Below, in pieces: positions 57,743 to 64,000 of a DNA stretch of 64,000 nt. The first letter of the stretch is position 1; the number at the start of each line of letters is the position of its first letter. The notes under the pieces were generated by a model. It was given only the letters and a program-made list of their open reading frames with translations, was not told where the DNA came from and did no database searches. Source of the DNA: Emiliania huxleyi CCMP1516 (lineage: Eukaryota); assembly GCF_000372725.1 (NCBI RefSeq), contig NW_005201851.1, positions 327,730 through 391,729 of the forward strand, given 5' to 3'. The position numbers were made by a program, and so were the translations under genes.

Positions 57743-58709
57743 GCCGCGTCGCAGCCGTCTCTCCTCAGCTACCTCAAGCTCTTGGACGTCTATCCACCTC
57801 CCTCCAGCGCCGCCTCGATCGCGCCGCTCACCTGCGCGACGGCGCGCCAAGCTGTGAACAGGCGCGTGCTCTCGTCGCTCGAGACACTCTCGCTGTGAAC
57901 GGCGTCTCTTCACAGCTCAAGCTGTGAACAGGCACGTGCTCTTGTCGCTGGAGACATTCTCGCTGACGGCGAGATATTGCCGACAATCACGTGCACCCTG
58001 AGGAAGGAGGTGGGCGCACCGAATCTGCTTGCGGCCGCGTCGCCACCGCCGCCTCCGTCACCGACGAGACGCTTTGTCATATGGCTTCGCGTACGCGGAC
58101 TACAACCTGACCTTCTGCTCCTCGACTTTGCACCTGGTACGCCAGCATGCAGAGCACATTGCTCTCCGGCCCTCTCGGGCAGCTCTCCTGCTTTCTCCTA
58201 GCCTCCAAGCACCTGCCTGCTTCGAAGAGGCCAGCAGCCCCGGCGACTTTTACACGTCCACGCAGCGCACGCAAGCTGGCGGCGATCGCGTCGATCAGCT
58301 CCCTGGGGGGGTTGAGCAGGACGAGCGGCGGTGGAGGAGAGGGCGTGTGGCGGAGAGTCCATCGATGGCCCGGGGCCTTCGCGGCCGTGCGGTGTGAAAA
58401 GACAAAGAAAAAGACGGGGTTCGCCCGGAATAGCGGGCAAAGAGAAAGAGAGACCTAAAGACAGTTTCTTTTCAGGCCCAGACCCCAGTGTGCTGCACGT
58501 GCATCTCTTCCATACACGTGAGAGACTGGGTGGAAAAAACTCTTTCTAAAAACGATTCTTTTCTCCCGTGGTGTACCTGTGTTAGTGCCAGTGCGCGCCA
58601 GTCTCGTGCCCAATGCTTGGAGGATTTTCTTTTCGTCTCACTATATTCAGTCACGTGTCTCCTTCCGTTCTCCGATGCAAAGTGCTGCACGTGTCCTTGG
58701 TCGACCAAT

Positions 58710-61688
58710 ATGGCCAAAACATCGCGGTCCTGGTTTGCCGCGATCCTTTTCGCAGTCACCGCTGTTCCGCATTTTGCTGCGGGCTCGCTCTCTACGGGTG
58801 ATGTCATGGCACAGATTCAGGCTGCCGCCGTCGCTACTTTTGCAGCAGCGCCGCTGTCGACCACTACGTGTGGCCCGGGGCAAGCTGGCGAGGAGGGCGA
58901 CTGCCGCCGCTGCCCAGTCGGAACGTGGAGCGATGCAGTCGGCTTGGCATCACGAGCAGACTGCACTCCTTGCCCGAGCGGATCCTTCTCTGACGTATTG
59001 GGTGCGATCAGCAACGACACTTGCACGCTTTGCCGCACGGGCATGTTCTCCAAGGAAGGCGCTGGCTACTGCGAGTTTTGCCCCGCCGGCTCTTCCTCTG
59101 AGCCGGGAGCCTCGGAATGCACGCCGTGTGGTCCTGGCCGAGCCGGCGAGGAGGGTGTCTGCCGCCGCTGCCCTGTCGGAACCTGGAGCGACGCAGTCGG
59201 TCTGACGTCGCGAGCAGACTGCTCTCCTTGCCCGAGCGGATCCTTCTCGGGCGTGCTCGGAGCGACGAGCGGCGACACTTGCTCCCCGTGTCGCGCTGGC
59301 ATGTTCTCCAACGAAGGCGCCGGCTTCTGCGAGGCGTGCCCGATAGGCCTCTCGTCTGTCACAGGAGCCTCGGAGTGTACGCCGTGTGGCCCGGGGCAAG
59401 CTGGCGAGGAGGGCGACTGCCGCCGCTGCCCAGTCGGAACGTGGAGCGATGCAGTCGGCTTGGCATCACGAGCAGACTGCACTCCTTGCCCGAGCGGATC
59501 CTTCTCTGACGTATTGGGTGCGATCAGCAACGACACTTGCACGCTTTGTCGCACGGGCATGTTCTCCAAGGAAGGCGCTGGCTACTGCGAGTTTTGCCCC
59601 GCCGGCTCTTCCTCTGAGCCGGGAGCCTCGGAATGCACGCCGTGTGGCCCCGGCCGAGCCGGCGAGGAGGGTGTCTGCCGCCGCTGCCCTGTCGGAACCT
59701 GGAGCGACGCAGTCGGTCTGACGTCGCGAGCAGACTGCTCTCCTTGCCCGAGCGGATCCTTCTCGGGCGTGCTCGGAGCGACGAGCGGCAACACTTGCTC
59801 CCCGTGTCGCGCTGGCATGTTCTCCAACGAAGGCGCCGGCTTCTGCGAGGCGTGCCCGATAGGCCTCTCGTCTGTCACAGGAGCCTCGGAGTGTACGCCG
59901 TGTGGCCCGGGGCAAGCTGGCGAGGAGGGCGACTGCCGCCGCTGCCCAGTCGGAACGTGGAGCGATGCAGTCGGCTTGGCATCACGAGCAGACTGCACTC
60001 CTTGCCCGAGCGGATCCTTCTCTGACGTATTGGGTGCGATCAGCAACGACACTTGCACGCTTTGCCGCACGGGCATGTTCTCCAAGGAAGGCGCCGGTGC
60101 CTGCAACGCTTGCCCCGCCGGCTCTTCCTCTGAGCCGGGAGCCTCGGAATGCACGCCGTGTGGCCCCGGCCGAGCCGGCGAGGAGGGTGTCTGCCGCCGC
60201 TGCCCAGCCGGAACCTGGAGCGACGCAGTTAGCCTGACGTCGCGAGGAGACTGCTCTCCTTGCCCGAGCGGATCCTTCTCGGGCGTGCTCGGAGCGACCA
60301 GCTCTTCCATCTGCACCCCCTGCCCTGCTGGCTCATTTGCCGAAGATCGCGGCGCCGGCTTCTGCGAGGCGTGTCCTGCGGGTTCGTGGTCCTTTGGTGG
60401 CGCCTCGCAGTGCACCGACCTGCTGCTGCCGTGCGCTGCCATCGGTGCCGCACTTTAGGTCCCACCTCTCACCGGTCCCGCATCGAGTCTGCCGCGCTCC
60501 CCTGTAGTAGGCGCGTTGCTCGCCGCTGGGATCTGCTGGTTCGCACGGCGGGCGCAGCGGCATCGGCGACTCGCACTCGCTGCCGCAGTAAGGGAGCGCG
60601 ACGAGGAGAGACATCGCGTGCGAGCGGCGATCCACGACGCCTCTTCGCTGCGATACCCCTTCTGCGTGATGCCCTTCTCCGCATTCGTCGCCTTTGGCCA
60701 ACTGGTCCCCTTCGAGGAGGCGCGTGACAAGAAAGTGCTCACTTGCTGCGACACGTGGGACGCGGCGGCGCGCTTCGCCGCCAACCACCCTCTCATCTTC
60801 CTCTCGCACCAGTGGCTGTCGTACGTCTCGCCCGACCCGGACAACGCCCACTTTGAGCACATGGTTGGGGCAGTGAAGGCTCTGGCTGCGGAGCGATGCT
60901 TCGACGCCACCGACTGCTACATCTGGTGCGACTATCACTCAATCCCTCAGTGTAACGAGGCGACCAAGGCGCTGGCTGTCAGCTCCATTGCACTCTTCGC
61001 CGCCTGCACTTCCCACTTCGTGGCGTGTGTGCCCGAGACGCCACACGTCGACACGACTCTTCTTTGCAACCAGGACACCTACTTGAGTCGGGGGTGGTGT
61101 CGCCTGGAGCAGTGGGCCTTTATGCTCGCTAACGGCACCGATGCGATGTTCTTCTGCGGCGCCGACTCAGGCGGTGGGCTGCAGCGCATTGAAGACGTCT
61201 CCTCCTGGATCGAGAAGAGCATCATGGTTTTCTGTGGGGCGTTCACGAACGATGGCGACAAGGCGTTGCTCGTCGGCGTCGTGCTAGGCCTCTACGGCCT
61301 AGCGTATGTCTCCAAGCTGCAGCGGGCCAAGTCGGCCAAGAGCGCCGACGTGCTGTGGGACCAGCTGCAGAAGCATAAGGCGGCCATCTTCCCAGTCCAA
61401 TTGTTTGGCGACCTCGTCGAGCTTCTCGAGACGGAACTGGCCGATGCAATGGCACAGGTGAGCGGTGAGAGAAGGCGCCAAAGCCACGCCCGGGGGTCGT
61501 TGGCCAAGAGCTCAGCTAGCAAGAGCAGCCGCACGACCAGGGCCGCGAGCCGTCTCAAGGCAAGCACGACGGAGTTTGATCTGTTCGACCGCCAGGGCTT
61601 CGAGGAGGTGCTGCAGGCGAGCGACCGGCTGTACAAGCAAGCCATGGAATCGCTCGGCAACCGAGCGGGGTCCTATCCAATACCGTAG
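58710..61688 (+). CDS. Predicted type I membrane receptor: signal peptide, Cys-rich (GCC2/GCC3, ephrin-receptor-like) repeats, TM helix, cytoplasmic HET/TIR-like domain; intron 60445-60507 or 60510
   Basis: MAKTSRSWFAAILFAVTAV signal; CxxCPxGxxS repeats. A phase-1 GT..AG intron joins the two ORFs to give LLLPCAAI(V)GALLAAGICWFA-RRAQRHRR. Then IFLSHQW...PDP, YIWCDYHSIPQ and YLSRGWCRLE. Confidence 0.85.
58867..60415 (+). repeat. Coding tandem repeat, 3 x 516 bp, each made of two related 258-bp halves
   Basis: Near-identical blocks recur at 58870, 59386 and 59902. Confidence 0.97.
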
Positions 61689-63180
61689 CATGAGATGTGG
61701 GAGATACGCATGTTGGCAGCATCTTGGCATGGAGTCCATGTCACTGTGCATCACGCATGTGCATGTGCACGTGCACGTGCATGCATGTGCGTACTTTTAG
61801 CTCTCTCTCTCTGCATGTACACTGGTCGAGTGAGAGGTTGGCCGTGCGTACGAATTCCGGACGTGGGTGTCGTGTTCACTAGCTCCGAGTAGAGGGGGTG
61901 TTCTGGCAGTAGATGGGTGCGCCCTCTGTACGGGATTCACAGACCTTGCTTGTTAAGAAAAGAAAAAATTTGCCGCCCGCCCCTCTTGTGAAGGCCCTTG
62001 TGATCAACTTAAGTTCACGAAGAAATAACCGTGTCTACCTCGCCTCGATCGATATCGTTGTTCTGGCCGGGGTGCAGTGGCAAACAGGCTGCAAACTCTC
62101 CCACTGAAGTGTCTGAACGAGGTCACCTCTGAGCTCTGTGAAGCGTCTGTGCGGAGAACAGAGAGAAGTAGAGTTACTGACAACTGAGTGTGTCCTCTCT
62201 CGCGCTCTTTCTAAATAAATAAATAAATAAAAACGGACACCTCTCTACTGTGAGATGGGTAAAAAGGAACAGGTCCCCGCCCGTGCGATCTTTGTGCAGG
62301 GTTCTTGGTGGGTGTGGTCGGCGACTAGCCGGGGTCGTCCTCCCGATGGGGGACTAGCACACTAGCCGTCTTCCACATTGGGTCTACCCTGCTCTCGTCT
62401 GCGCTAGTTTCTGTTTCGTCATCACCGGTGTCCCTCCTCTTCGTTCTCCTCTTCTTGTATGCTTTGTACATCGCGTCGATTCCTTTTCGAATGAGCACCA
62501 CCCTGAAGCCCGCCCCCAGCAGCTGTGAACCGCTCAGGTTAAGTCGAAGGAGCATCATCAGTCTCACCCACTTCGCTCGCTGCCCACTGTCTCCGCTCCC
62601 TCCCGCTTGAGCCGCCGTCGCGGCCCTCGTTCGTCCCACTGGCTGTATTGGCCCGTCCCTGCGTTGCCTCATGCCTGCGTTATCCCCTATATCCCTGCTG
62701 CGTGCTGGTGGTGGTGCGTGGTGTGCCTGGTGCTGGTGGTCCTCGCGCTCAGAGGCTCGCGCTCTCTCTCTCGTCACGCGTGTTTTTTTCGTTTACATGC
62801 ATGCACCCTTTTCTCTTAACTCTACAACCTGCACAAACGTGTGTCGTTAACGCTCGCAGCAGTCTGAGACACGCGCTACTGCCTGTGTCGCACGCACACG
62901 CGGACTCGAGCACGCGCACGCGGACTCTCTCAAGCAAGGCATCCCCTGTCACAGGACACCGGTCGGGACACGCTCCAGACACAACCCGCGGCAGACAACA
63001 CGGTGCGACCCCAGTACGAGCACCCGGCGACAGAGCAGCCCGCATCGACACCCGGGGCGCTCTCGGACACCAAAGGGGGGGAGGGGTGGCGCGGCTGGCG
63101 GCCTCAAGGCGCTGCGAGGCCGGCGGGGCGCTGTCGCCCTCGCGCGGCCTCTTTCTCTCTCTGTCTCTCTGTCTCTCTGT

Positions 63181-63850
63181 GTGTCTCTCCCCCCCCCACG
63201 ACGGCACGCCCGCCGCAGCCGCGCCTTCGTCGCCCCGCCTCCCCCCTCTCACGAGGCTGGCACCGCCGGCGGCAGCCTCGCGTCCGAGGGCCTCCAGCCC
63301 TCGGAGCTGCCCTTGGCCTCCGGGGGAGGGAGGTCCTGCGCCTGGTCGCCAGACAGGCGGCGGAGGACGGTGACTGGGCCGGACGAGAGGCGCTGCAGGA
63401 AGGCGTTCAGCCGCGCGGTCGTCTCTGGGGACGCGTTCGCGAGCAGCGGCGAGTCGGCGACGGCGCGCACGAGCAGCTCGACTCCGTCGGCAGCCTGGCG
63501 GAGGGGCGGAGCGGGCGGGCTGTCTCTTGGGGCGGGCGGCGCATCTCTTGGGGGGCGGGGGGGGGGGGGGGCAAGTGGAACTTTGGTGTGGAACGAGCCC
63601 CTTCTTGGACGAGTACTCGACGGCCGACATGCGCTTCTTGGGGCCCTCGACGCCCTCGGCCACCTTTTTGACGTCTCCCTTGACCTCGGAAACCTCCTCG
63701 GCGAGGATGCCAACCTCCTTGGCCACCTCCGTCATCTTGTCCTTGAGCACCTCGATCTTCTCGACCAGCTCCACCTTGAGCTTGTCGAGATTCGCCTCGA
63801 TCGACGCCTTGAGCTGGTTGAGCCCGGTCTTCATCTGCTCCGCGGAGACC
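63181..63850 (-). CDS. Coiled-coil hypothetical protein exon(s), probably starting beyond the window end
   Basis: Heptads in MKTGLNQLKASIEANLDKLKVELVEKIEVLKDKMTEVAKEV. Confidence 0.5.
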
Positions 63851-64000
63851 CAGCCGATCCTGGCGGCGGTGGCGGGAGGCGAAGCGGGTAGAGAAGCGAG
63901 GGAGGGTGTGCACGGGACGCTGCACTCCAGCTCCCGCCGCGGATGCGCGCCTGTTCCAGCCGTAAATGTACAGCGCGGCGGCGATGCCGGTGAGCGGAAC

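Noticed and set aside
58488..58709. Cys-rich N-terminal extension of the receptor ORF
   Set aside because: It starts at GTG and covers the shared upstream motif; ATG 58710 begins a plausible signal peptide.

Overview
GC-rich eukaryotic DNA with spliceosomal introns (several with GC donors), 4 assembly gaps and many repeats. The intron style, the 10-11 bp intronic tandem arrays and the gene content suggest a haptophyte such as Emiliania (Gephyrocapsa) huxleyi (inference only). Recognisable genes: F-box-like/RCC1 protein plus a decayed paralogue, frameshifted acyltransferase-3, ankyrin proteins, Methyltransf_22-like protein, RNA Pol III subunit C17, F-box/SPRY protein, amino-acid transporter, GDAP1-like GST, DnaJ protein, HNH nuclease, 2OG-Fe(II) oxygenase, SINA-like RING protein, PEX6, NAK-type kinase, DUF1415 protein, Kelch protein and a bacterial-type DUF5060/DUF4038 glycosidase. 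Mobile DNA: four TIR elements (MITE-like) and two truncated copies of a CRE-like restriction-endonuclease (RLE) non-LTR element with target-site duplications (TSDs). Three highlights. (1) A predicted single-pass receptor joins a tandemly amplified Cys-rich ectodomain to a cytoplasmic HET/TIR-like domain. (2) Recurrent short CCGAGAT-core arrays sit between 13-33 bp direct duplications, like a repeat-adding insertion process. (3) Both RLE copies begin with the same AAAACAAA 5' junction although they are truncated at different points. All domain calls come from motif recognition by eye, not database searches.
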